Source of the DNA: Gammaproteobacteria bacterium
GTDB taxonomy: Bacteria; Pseudomonadota; Gammaproteobacteria; Natronospirales; REEB76
Reading direction: 5' to 3'
NCBI GenBank assembly: GCA_035279405.1
Contig: DATEHU010000026.1
Span: forward strand, 386,147-450,146
Length of the DNA: 64,000 bases
Part shown: positions 11,881 through 22,841 of the stretch, one piece after another
How positions within the stretch are numbered: position 1 is the first letter of the stretch
Layout of the letters: every line of letters starts with the position of its first letter
The notes under the pieces: generated by a model
The model's database searches: none
What the model was told of the DNA's origin: nothing
Seen by the model: only the letters and a program-made list of their open reading frames with translations
Program-made: the position numbers and the translations under genes

Positions 11881-12354
11881 TCACGTACGAGCCTGCGCCG
11901 GGTACGGCCGACCATCTTTGTGCACGAATCCGGGCGAGCCCGCGCGGATGGCAAGATCAATATCCGGGTAATCCACGCCATCGCCTTTGGGATTGCGCGT
12001 GCCGATTTCGAGAATCACGGCTTCCCGGCTGCCGCGATTCTGCAGATGATGGCCGTCCGGGTCGCCCGCCTTGAACCCGGCGCAGTCGCCGGCGCGCAGG
12101 ATTTCCTCGCCGCTGTTCGTGACCAGCACTACCTCGCCCTCCAGCACCCAGACAAACTCGTCCTCGGTTTCATGCCAATGACGCTGACTCGACCAGGCGC
12201 CGGGCGGCAGGCGCAACAGGTTGACACCGAACTGCGTGAGGCCGGCGGCATTGCCCAGTCGCCAGCGCGTGCGGTTGCGACAAGGTTGGTCGTAGGGTTC
12301 GGGATAACCGCTGCCATGCCGGACCGGCGCGCTTTCAATCTTGATCTTTTTCAT
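11881..12354 (-). CDS. cupin domain protein
   Basis: Start trimmed to ATG 12354 (M59 of the listed ORF), preceded by a GGAGGAGGAG SD. It carries the QRHWHETEDEFVWVLEGEVVL cupin motif. 157 aa. Confidence 0.75.
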   Translation of the reverse strand: MKKIKIESAPVRHGSGYPEPYDQPCRNRTRWRLGNAAGLTQFGVNLLRLPPGAWSSQRHWHETEDEFVWVLEGEVVLVTNSGEEILRAGDCAGFKAGDPDGHHLQNRGSREAVILEIGTRNPKGDGVDYPDIDLAIRAGSPGFVHKDGRPYPAQART

Positions 12355-13147
12355 GACTCCTCCTCCGGACTCGAGTGCGGCCTTGGTGATTGCGTGCAGT
12401 GGACGCCGATGCGTGAGATGCCGCTGCCGGTGGATTGGTTCCCGCCAGTGCTCGCAAAGCCTGCAATTCGTCGTCCGTCGCTTCACGCCAGGCACCGCGC
12501 GGCAGTTGGCGCGGCAGGGCAACCGCACCGTAGCGCACGCGGATCAAGCGGCTCACGGTCACGCCTACCGCTTCCCACAGACGCCGCACTTCGCGCTTAC
12601 GGCCTTCGCGCAGCAGCACGTGATACCAATGATTGGCGCCGTCGCCGCCCGCATCGCGCAGCGCATCAAATTTCGCTATGCCGTCGTCGAGGCGCACGCC
12701 GCTGGTCAGGGCGCTTAGCTGCAGCTCCGTGATTTTGCCCAGCACGCGCACCGCATACTCACGTTCGATTTCCTGCGCTGGGTGCATCAGGCGGTTGGCG
12801 AGTTCGCCGTCATTGGTGAACAGCAACAGCCCGGAGGTGTTGAAATCCAGTCGGCCGATGCTGACCCAGCGGCTGCGGCGCAGGCGCGGCAACGCCTCGA
12901 ACACCGTCGGCCGCCCCTCGGGATCCTTGCGCGTGGTGAGTTCGCCTTCCGGCTTGTGATACAGAATCACGCGCTGGCGCTCGGTTGCGGCGCGCTCCAG
13001 CCGCAGCGGCCGCCTGTCCAGTGCCACGCGATCGGCCGTGCTGATGCGCTCGCCGAGCCGGGCCACGCGGCCATTGACGCTAAGGCGACCGGCGGAAATC
13101 CAGCCTTCGATTTCACGCCGTGAACCGAAACCGGCGGCCGCCAACAC
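12335..13147 (-). CDS. rluB: 23S rRNA pseudouridine synthase RluB
   Basis: GFGSRREIEGWISAGRLSVNG (S4 domain), GRLDFNTSGLLLFTNDGELANRLMHP (catalytic Asp motif). Start uncertain; see the scpB/rluB finding. Confidence 0.9.
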   Translation of the reverse strand: MLAAAGFGSRREIEGWISAGRLSVNGRVARLGERISTADRVALDRRPLRLERAATERQRVILYHKPEGELTTRKDPEGRPTVFEALPRLRRSRWVSIGRLDFNTSGLLLFTNDGELANRLMHPAQEIEREYAVRVLGKITELQLSALTSGVRLDDGIAKFDALRDAGGDGANHWYHVLLREGRKREVRRLWEAVGVTVSRLIRVRYGAVALPRQLPRGAWREATDDELQALRALAGTNPPAAASHASASTARNHQGRTRVRRRSHEKDQD

Positions 13148-13204
13148 TTTCTGGATGCGTTCCGCCCCGGCGGCAACCTTGTCAGCGCTGGGTTTGATGT
13201 CGGC

Positions 13205-13840
13205 TCACTCCGCTTCTGCTTCCCTGGCCGGAGTCTCGGGCGGCGCGTCCGCGTGCGCGATCTGCACAGGTGCTGCGCCATCGAAGTCGAGTTCCGCTTC
13301 CAGGCTGGTGATGTCGCGAATGTCGGCGAGCGTCGGCAGTTCATCCAGACTGCGCAGGTTGAAGTAATCGAGGAACTCGCGCGTGGTGGCCAGCATTTCC
13401 GGATGTCCGGGGACGTCGCGGTGTCCGACCACGCGAATCCAGCCGCGTTCTTCCAGGGTGCGAACGATGTGCGGGCTGACCGTGACGCCGCGCACCACTT
13501 CGATCTCGCCGCGCGTGATCGGCTGGCGGTAAGCGATGAGCGACAAGGTCTCGAGCAGCGCGCGCGAATAGCGCGCCGGGCGTTCTTCCCACAGGCGTGC
13601 CATCCACGGCGCCAGCTCGGCCTTTACCTGGATGCGGAATCCGCCGCCAACTTCCTTGAGTTCGATGCCGCGTCCGGCAAAGCCGCTTTGCAGCTCATCC
13701 AGCGCCTTGCGAATCTGATTGCGGGCCGGCCGGTCCGCGTCGTCGAACAGCGCCATGAGTTCGTCCAGATTGAGCGGCCGCCCGGCGGCCAGCAGCGCCG
13801 CTTCCAGGATGTTTCTGAGCTGTGGCGATTCCCGGGTCAT
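13205..13840 (-). CDS. scpB: SMC-Scp complex subunit ScpB
   Basis: 211 aa with ALLETLSLIAYRQPITRGEIEVVRGV winged-helix repeats. Overlaps the scpA stop. Confidence 0.9.
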   Translation of the reverse strand: MTRESPQLRNILEAALLAAGRPLNLDELMALFDDADRPARNQIRKALDELQSGFAGRGIELKEVGGGFRIQVKAELAPWMARLWEERPARYSRALLETLSLIAYRQPITRGEIEVVRGVTVSPHIVRTLEERGWIRVVGHRDVPGHPEMLATTREFLDYFNLRSLDELPTLADIRDITSLEAELDFDGAAPVQIAHADAPPETPAREAEAE

Positions 13841-14721
13841 GGCTCTTCTCCCTTGATGCGCACCAGCGACAAATCCGGATGTGACGCTCCCGTAGCGCGC
13901 ACGTGAATGGCGCCAAAACTTTCGGCCTGCACCAGTTCGATGAGCGCCTGCTTGAGCAGCTCCAGCAGCGCCAGGAAGGTCACCACTACGCCGCGGCGGC
14001 CTTCCTGGGGTGTGAACAGCGCGCTGAACTCGCGGAACTCTCCCGCCTGCAGTCCTGCCAGCAGCTCGGACATGCGCTGGCGCACCGACAGGGGTTCGAG
14101 TTGCACGTGATGATGGGAATACATCGCGGCGCGCTGCAGCACATCCTTGAAGGCCAGAAGCAGCTCCTGCATGTTGACATCCGGTACCAGGCGCACCACT
14201 TTGTGCCCGCCCATTTCCGCGGCGGCCGGATGCACGTCCCGGCCCACGCGCGGCAGCGCGTCCAGATCCTCGGCCGCCTGCTTGTAACGTTCGTACTCCT
14301 GCAGCCGGCGTATCAGTTCGGCGCGCGGGTCCTGCTCTTCGCCTTCGGCGAGCGGCGGGCGCGGCAGCAGCATGCGGGATTTGATCTCGGCGAGCATCGC
14401 GGCCATTACCAGATACTCGGCCGCGAGCTCCAGACGCAGCTCCTTCATCAGATCTATGTATTCCATGTACTGGCGCGTGATCTCGGCAATCGGGATATTG
14501 AGGATGTCGAGATTCTGCCGGCGGATCAGGTACAGCAGCAGATCCAGCGGACCCTCGAAGGCCTCGAGAAACACCTCGAGCGCATCCGGCGGAATGTAGA
14601 GATCGCGCGGCAGGCTGGTGACCGGTTCACCCTGGACGATGGCGAACGGCATTTCCGCCTGCTGCGGTACAGGCTCGGCGGATTCGCCGGGATTCAAAGG
14701 CGGTTGCATCGGCGATCTCAC
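13837..14721 (-). CDS. scpA: segregation and condensation protein A
   Basis: 294 aa with FEGPLDLLLYLIRRQNLDILNIPIAEITRQY, a typical ScpA N-terminus. Confidence 0.9.
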   Translation of the reverse strand: MRSPMQPPLNPGESAEPVPQQAEMPFAIVQGEPVTSLPRDLYIPPDALEVFLEAFEGPLDLLLYLIRRQNLDILNIPIAEITRQYMEYIDLMKELRLELAAEYLVMAAMLAEIKSRMLLPRPPLAEGEEQDPRAELIRRLQEYERYKQAAEDLDALPRVGRDVHPAAAEMGGHKVVRLVPDVNMQELLLAFKDVLQRAAMYSHHHVQLEPLSVRQRMSELLAGLQAGEFREFSALFTPQEGRRGVVVTFLALLELLKQALIELVQAESFGAIHVRATGASHPDLSLVRIKGEEP

Positions 14722-15935
14722 CGGTACTTCAGGCCCATGGCCTGACGCACTTCATCCAGGGTGTCACGCGCCACGCCGCGCGCCGCGTCGCTGCCCTGGC
14801 TCACGACGCTGCGCAGCATCTCCGGATTGGCCTCGATCTCGGCCGCACGTTCGCGGATCGGCTTGAGTTCCTTGAGCACCGACTCGATCACCGGTTGTTT
14901 GCATTCCAGGCAGCCGATGCCGGCCGTGGTGCAGCCCTTCCATACCCAGTCGCGTGTTGCCTGATCGGAATAGATCTTGTGAAACTCCCACACCGGACAT
15001 TTCTCCGGATTGCCGGGGTCGCTGCGACGCACGCGTGCGGGATCGGTCGGCATGGTGCGGATCTTGTGCTCGATGTCCGCAGGGTCTTCGCGCAGGCTGA
15101 TGGTATTGGCATAGGATTTCGACATCTTGCGGCCGTCCAGCCCCGGCATGCGTGCCGCCGCGGTCAGCAACGGCTTCGGCTCGGCAAGAATCACGCGCCC
15201 CAGGCCTTCGAGAAATCCCAACAGCCGCTCACGGTCGCCGAGCGGCAGGTTCTGGTTTTCGGCGATGAGCGCATGCGCGGTTTGCAGGGCCTCCTGATCT
15301 CCCTGTTCCTGATATTGCTTGCGCAGCTCGCGGTACAGCTTGGCATTGCGTTTGCCGAGCTTTTTGATCGCACTTTCCACCCTGACTTCGAAATCCGGCT
15401 CGCGGCCGTAGGTGAAATTGAATCGTCGTGCAATCTCGCGCGTCAGCTCGACATGCGGCACCTGATCCTCGCCCACCGGCACCCAGCCGGCCTTGTAGAT
15501 CAATATATCGGCCGCCTGCAGCACCGGATAGCCGAGGAAGCCGTAAGTCGAAAGGTCGCGGTCCCGGATCTGCTCAAGCTGCTCCTTATAGGTGGGCACA
15601 CGCTCCAGCCAGCCAAGCGGCGTCACCATGGAAAGCAGCAGCTGCAGCTCCGCGTGTTCGGGAACATGCGACTGGATGAAGATACGTGCCTTGCCGGGAT
15701 CCACACCCACGGCCAGCCAGTCCACCAGCATTTCCCACATCGCGGGTTCAATTTCGCGCGCCTGTTCGTAATGCGTGGTAAGCGCGTGCCAGTCGGCCAC
15801 GAAGAAAAAACACTCGTACTCATGCTGCAGCTTGAGCCAGTTGTTGAGCACGCCGTGCAAATGACCAAGGTGCATGCGCCCCGTGGGCCGCATGCCGGAC
15901 AGCACACGCAAGTTGTCAGCACCCGTGGTAGCCAT
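14718..15935 (-). CDS. trpS: tryptophan--tRNA ligase (long form)
   Basis: 405 aa with the MRPTGRMHLGHLHG (HIGH-type) and KMSKS motifs. Confidence 0.93.
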   Translation of the reverse strand: MATTGADNLRVLSGMRPTGRMHLGHLHGVLNNWLKLQHEYECFFFVADWHALTTHYEQAREIEPAMWEMLVDWLAVGVDPGKARIFIQSHVPEHAELQLLLSMVTPLGWLERVPTYKEQLEQIRDRDLSTYGFLGYPVLQAADILIYKAGWVPVGEDQVPHVELTREIARRFNFTYGREPDFEVRVESAIKKLGKRNAKLYRELRKQYQEQGDQEALQTAHALIAENQNLPLGDRERLLGFLEGLGRVILAEPKPLLTAAARMPGLDGRKMSKSYANTISLREDPADIEHKIRTMPTDPARVRRSDPGNPEKCPVWEFHKIYSDQATRDWVWKGCTTAGIGCLECKQPVIESVLKELKPIRERAAEIEANPEMLRSVVSQGSDAARGVARDTLDEVRQAMGLKYR

Positions 15936-15953
15936 GCGTCAACCCCTGTTCCG

Positions 15954-16616
15954 CTATGCGCCCAGCAACAGCTGCGACAGCCAGGCGATGGGCGGGCCCA
16001 GAACCGAGGACAGCAGCCTGGGGAATACGAACAGCAGCAACATGAGCACGGCCAGGGGAATGAAAGGCCCGAAGCGTTCGATGCTGTCCACCTTGTTGGC
16101 CAGATTGCGCGGCAGAATGCCCACCAGCACCCGCCCGCCGTCGAGCGGCGGTATGGGAATGAGGTTGAATATGAACAGCGCCACGTTGATGAGCACACCG
16201 GCCACGCCCATGTAGGCCAGTGGCGAGATCCAGGGCAGCGCGGGTACCAACAAGGCCGCGGCGTGGGAAATCAATGCCCAGATCACCGCCATGATCAGGT
16301 TGGCCACCGGCCCGGCCACCGCCACGATGGCCATGTCGCGGCGCGGATTCTTGAAATTGCGCGGCGAGATCGGCACCGGCTTGGCCCAGCCGAGGATGAA
16401 GGGCGAGTGCAACAGCAGCAGCACGGCCGGCGCAATCACGGTTCCGATCGGATCAATGTGTTTGAGCGGATTGACCGTCAGCCGCCCCAGCATCATGGCG
16501 GTCGGGTCCCCCAGACGGCGCGCCACCCAGCCGTGCGCCACTTCGTGCAGCGTGATGGCAAACAATACCGGCGGGGCCCAGATGATGATGAGCTGGATGA
16601 GGTTGAACTGACCCAT
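15954..16616 (-). CDS. site-2 protease family (M50) membrane metalloprotease
   Basis: HEVAHG zinc motif in a TM helix. Start trimmed to MGQFNLIQ (M16 of the listed ORF). Confidence 0.8.
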   Translation of the reverse strand: MGQFNLIQLIIIWAPPVLFAITLHEVAHGWVARRLGDPTAMMLGRLTVNPLKHIDPIGTVIAPAVLLLLHSPFILGWAKPVPISPRNFKNPRRDMAIVAVAGPVANLIMAVIWALISHAAALLVPALPWISPLAYMGVAGVLINVALFIFNLIPIPPLDGGRVLVGILPRNLANKVDSIERFGPFIPLAVLMLLLFVFPRLLSSVLGPPIAWLSQLLLGA

Positions 16617-16657
16617 CGACACATTATACAGAGTCCGTTCGCGGCACCGCCCGGGCT

Positions 16658-17287
16658 TCAATGCAAACGACTGAACGGCACCGGGTTGCCGCGCCCGATG
16701 CGCACCACCACCGGTGCATCTCCGGACATATCCACCACCGTGGTGGGTTCGAAACCGCAGGGCCCGCCGTCAATCACCAGATCCACGGCATGCTCGAGCC
16801 GCGTGCGCATGTCCTGCGGATCGGTGAGCGGCTGGGCTTCGCCCGGCAGCATCAGCGTGGAACTCATGATCGGTTCGCGCAGCTCGGTGAGTATCGCCTG
16901 GGTAATCGGATGCGCGGGCACGCGGATGCCGATGGTCTTGCGCTTCGGATGTTGCAGGCGCCTCGGCACCTCGTGCGTGGCGGGAAGAATAAAGGTATAG
17001 GGGCCGGGCGTGTGCGCCTTGAGCAGGCGGAAGGTGGGATTGTCCACGCGCGCGTAGGTGGCGATTTCGGACAGGTCCCGGCACACCAAGGTAAAGTTGT
17101 GTCCCGGACCGGCGCCGCGAATGTTGCGGATACGCTGCATGGCGGTTTTGTCGCCCAGCATGCAACCCAGGGCGTAGCAGGAATCGGTGGGATAGATGAT
17201 GACCCCTCCGGCCTTGAGAATTGCCACGCTGCGGCGCACAAGCCGCAGTTGCGGCGTCTGTGGATGGATGCTGAAAAACTGGCTCAT
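16658..17287 (-). CDS. yciO: YciO / L-threonylcarbamoyladenylate synthase-family protein
   Basis: MSQFFSIHPQTPQLRL...GGVIIYPTDSCYALGC...GHNFTLVCRDLSE closely parallels E. coli YciO as I recall it. Confidence 0.85.
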   Translation of the reverse strand: MSQFFSIHPQTPQLRLVRRSVAILKAGGVIIYPTDSCYALGCMLGDKTAMQRIRNIRGAGPGHNFTLVCRDLSEIATYARVDNPTFRLLKAHTPGPYTFILPATHEVPRRLQHPKRKTIGIRVPAHPITQAILTELREPIMSSTLMLPGEAQPLTDPQDMRTRLEHAVDLVIDGGPCGFEPTTVVDMSGDAPVVVRIGRGNPVPFSRLH

Positions 17288-17369
17288 GTTCCCCGGTCCA
17301 TGCAGACGTCCGGCGGCAGCCCGGCGTGCGAATGCGTTATGATATCGAACCTTGGCCGTGCAACGCCGT

Positions 17370-17906
17370 ATGTCCGCCGTACTGGAATTCCTGCTGCTCG
17401 CTGCGTTCTTTGCAAGCTACCTGTGGAAAGGCATTTTCTTCGCCACCGGCGTGCTCATGGCCGGCAGCGTGCTGGTGCTGGCGATCTCCTGGTGGCACAG
17501 CCGCAAATTCGAAGCGCTGCCACTCGCGGTCACGATTCTGGCGCTGGTGCTGGGCTCTGTGACCCTGGTGTTTCACGATGCCGTGTTCATCAAATGGAAA
17601 TTCTCCATCGTCGAATGGCTGTTCGGCGTGGTATTTCTGGTGACGCAATTCATGCGCCAGACCCTGATCGAGCGCATGCTCGGGGCACAGATACGCGTGC
17701 CGGCCGGAATCTGGCGCCGGCTGAATCTGCTGTGGGCGGCTTTTTTCATAGTGCTCGGCAGCGTCAATGTTTACGTCATTTATCATTACGACACCGCTGC
17801 CTGGGTAAATTTCAAGGTATGGTGGTCCATGGGCGCGACGCTGGTTTTCGTGATTGCGCAAGCGCTGTACATGAGTCGCCACGTGCAGGTACAGAAGGCT
17901 TCCTGA
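17370..17906 (+). CDS. yciB: intracellular septation protein A
   Basis: Five-TM protein with FIKWKFSIVEWLFGVVFL and LNLLWAAFFIVLGSVNVYV. Start trimmed to MSAVLEF. Confidence 0.85.
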   Translation: MSAVLEFLLLAAFFASYLWKGIFFATGVLMAGSVLVLAISWWHSRKFEALPLAVTILALVLGSVTLVFHDAVFIKWKFSIVEWLFGVVFLVTQFMRQTLIERMLGAQIRVPAGIWRRLNLLWAAFFIVLGSVNVYVIYHYDTAAWVNFKVWWSMGATLVFVIAQALYMSRHVQVQKAS

Positions 17907-18205
17907 TGTGGTACGCGATCCTTTCGGAGGACGTAAACGGCAGCCTCGCGCGGCGCGGTCCGGCTCGATCTGCGCATGTGCAGCGACTCGAGACGCTCAA
18001 GCAACAGGGCCGGCTGCTGGTCGCCGGGCCGCATCCGGCCATTGACGCGCCCGCGCCAGGTCCGGCGGGTTATTCCGGCAGTCTGGTGATCGCCGATTTT
18101 GCCTCGCTCGGCGAGGCGCAAGCCTGGGCGGACACCGATCCGTATGTGGCGGCCGGCGTTTACGCCAAGGTTGCCGTCAAACCGTTTCTCAAGACCCTGC
18201 CGTGA
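17906..18205 (+). CDS. YciI-like protein
   Basis: Only the last 99 codons of listed ORF 16661..18205 are used: MWYAILSEDV...RLETLKQQGRLLVAGP...DPYVAAGVY. The TGATG junction abuts the yciB stop. Confidence 0.8.
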   Translation: MWYAILSEDVNGSLARRGPARSAHVQRLETLKQQGRLLVAGPHPAIDAPAPGPAGYSGSLVIADFASLGEAQAWADTDPYVAAGVYAKVAVKPFLKTLP

Positions 18206-18495
18206 GCACCGCCGTGGATACCGCGCCTCTGGACCCGCGCATGCATTATCTGCACACGCACGTGCAGGCTGAATTCCGGCCCTCGCAGCTGGAAATCCGC
18301 GATGAGGGCGCACAGCATGCAGGTCATGCGCATGCCGGTCGCGGCCACTATTCCATGCGCATCGTGGCCGCCGCATTTGCCGGCAAGGACCGCCTGCAGC
18401 GCCACCGCATGATTTACGCGGCGCTCGGCAATCTGCAGCAGGCCGATATTCACGCACTCAGCATTCAGGCGTTCGCGCCCGACGAATCTCATTGA
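18202..18495 (+). CDS. bolA: BolA family protein
   Basis: 97 aa with SQLEIRDEGAQHAGH...HYSMRIVAAAFAGKDRLQRHRMIY..IHALSIQA. GTGA overlap with the upstream stop. Confidence 0.8.
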   Translation: MSTAVDTAPLDPRMHYLHTHVQAEFRPSQLEIRDEGAQHAGHAHAGRGHYSMRIVAAAFAGKDRLQRHRMIYAALGNLQQADIHALSIQAFAPDESH

Positions 18496-18520
18496 TGTTT
18501 TTCACCCACGAGGACTCTCC

Positions 18521-19399
18521 ATGCGTATTGCACTTCGTTCCCTGACATTGATTGCCGCCGTCGTGATATTGGCCGCCTGTGGCGGCCAGCAGAATTCGGC
18601 GGACACTTCCACGGTGCTGGCCACCGTCAACGGCGTGCCGATCACCAACGACATGTTCCGCGCCTACGTGCGCAGCCTGGCGGGCGGCCAGGAGCCGCAA
18701 CTCGACGCCCAGCGCCACCAGTTGGTGCTCAACCGCCTGATCGACATGCAGGTACTGGCGCAGGCCGCACAGAAATCCGGCCTGGAGAAACAGGCGACCG
18801 TGGCAGCGGATCTGAAGATCCAGCGCACCGGCCTGCTTGCCCAGCAACTCGTGCAGCAGTACCTGACCCAGCATCCGGTCACCGAAGATCAGATCAAGTC
18901 GGAATACGCGGCGCGCACCAAGTCCATGCCCGGTACCGAGTACCGCGCACGCCACATCCTGGTAGCCAGCGAGCAGCAGGCCAAGGACATCGTCAACCAG
19001 TTGAACCACGGCGCCAACTTCGCCACGCTCGCGAAGAAATATTCCACGGACGCCAGTGGCAAACAGGGCGGCGAGCTCGGCTGGTTCAGTCCGGATCAAA
19101 TGGTACCGGCATTCTCCGCCGCGGTTGCCAAGCTCAAGAAGGGTGAATACACCCGGGAGCCGGTGCACACCCAGTACGGTTGGCACGTGATCCAGCTGGA
19201 GGACACCCGCAGCATGCCGCCGCCGAGCCTGGATTCCGTGCGCGATCAGCTCACCAACGGCCTCGAAGGCCAGGAAGTCGAGGCCTACGTGAACAAATTG
19301 CGTCAGGATGCCAAGGTCGTCGTGACTACGACCAGCGCAGCCAGCAATGCTCCGGCACCGAGCGCGACGCGCGCACCTGCCGCGGGAACCAAGCACTGA
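18521..19399 (+). CDS. parvulin-type peptidyl-prolyl isomerase lipoprotein
   Basis: Lipobox VILAAC after a signal peptide. PpiC domain (YRARHILV...GGELGWFSPDQMVPAFS...GWHVIQLED). Confidence 0.85.
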   Translation: MRIALRSLTLIAAVVILAACGGQQNSADTSTVLATVNGVPITNDMFRAYVRSLAGGQEPQLDAQRHQLVLNRLIDMQVLAQAAQKSGLEKQATVAADLKIQRTGLLAQQLVQQYLTQHPVTEDQIKSEYAARTKSMPGTEYRARHILVASEQQAKDIVNQLNHGANFATLAKKYSTDASGKQGGELGWFSPDQMVPAFSAAVAKLKKGEYTREPVHTQYGWHVIQLEDTRSMPPPSLDSVRDQLTNGLEGQEVEAYVNKLRQDAKVVVTTTSAASNAPAPSATRAPAAGTKH

Positions 19400-19427
19400 T
19401 CTCAGGCGCTTGGCATCAAGCAGATGG

Positions 19428-19453
19428 AAACGGCCAGCGCAAGCTGGCCGTTT
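19428..19453. terminator. bidirectional stem-loop terminator between convergent genes
   Basis: AAACGGCCAGC-GCAA-GCTGGCCGTTT, a perfect 11-bp stem flanked by A/T runs on both sides. Confidence 0.55.
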
Positions 19454-19471
19454 CATTTGTGCGCCGGGCGA

Positions 19472-19969
19472 TCAGTGCTGTTGCTGGAGTTTTTCGAATG
19501 CCGCGCGTATCTGTTCCAGTCGCGCGCGATTGGCGCCCACGTCGAACAAGCCGAGCTGAGCGATGGAACGGAGTTCAATCACGCGGCGTTCCGGCACCAG
19601 GTAAAACTCTACGTCATCTACCGCATTCGCGGGCTGATAGTAATACTGCGCGGCGCGCTCCGCGGGATTGCTGATGGGATATTCGACACGCAGATAGTTA
19701 CGGTGGTTGGACACGATGCGTGCCTGGCCCACTGCATTGATGGCTTGCAGCAGGTCGGCGCTCGCCTGGGCGCGGGTGCTCGTATACGTCAGCGGCGCGA
19801 TGTGCAAGGCGGGATCGGTGTCGCCGGACGACACGCAATCGCGGTTGGACGGACAGGGCGCCAGTTGTCCCTCGCGCACGCCATACATGGGCGTGAGGAT
19901 GGCGGTGCATGACGCCAACAGCAGTGCCACTATCAGCAATGGAATGTTCGCGCCCGCGCGCACTTTCAA
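19472..19969 (-). CDS. DUF1499-family lipoprotein
   Basis: Signal peptide with lipobox LLASC. CPSNRDCVSS and RVEYPISNP patterns resemble DUF1499. Confidence 0.65.
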   Translation of the reverse strand: MKVRAGANIPLLIVALLLASCTAILTPMYGVREGQLAPCPSNRDCVSSGDTDPALHIAPLTYTSTRAQASADLLQAINAVGQARIVSNHRNYLRVEYPISNPAERAAQYYYQPANAVDDVEFYLVPERRVIELRSIAQLGLFDVGANRARLEQIRAAFEKLQQQH

Positions 19970-20033
19970 TCTCCGATAACTTCACCGCGCAAAATTGCGG
20001 GGATCATTCTATATCCAGGTCACGCATCCGGCA

Positions 20034-22840
<2,807 letters not shown>

Positions 22841-22841
22841 C

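Noticed and set aside
14895-17000. 701-aa plus-strand ORF
   Set aside because: Antisense to trpS, the M50 protease gene and yciO, each of which has clear homology on the minus strand.
16661-17905. N-terminal 415 codons of listed ORF 16661..18205
   Set aside because: Only the last 99 codons (YciI-like, from ATG 17906) look real. The upstream part overlaps yciO (antisense) and yciB (another frame).
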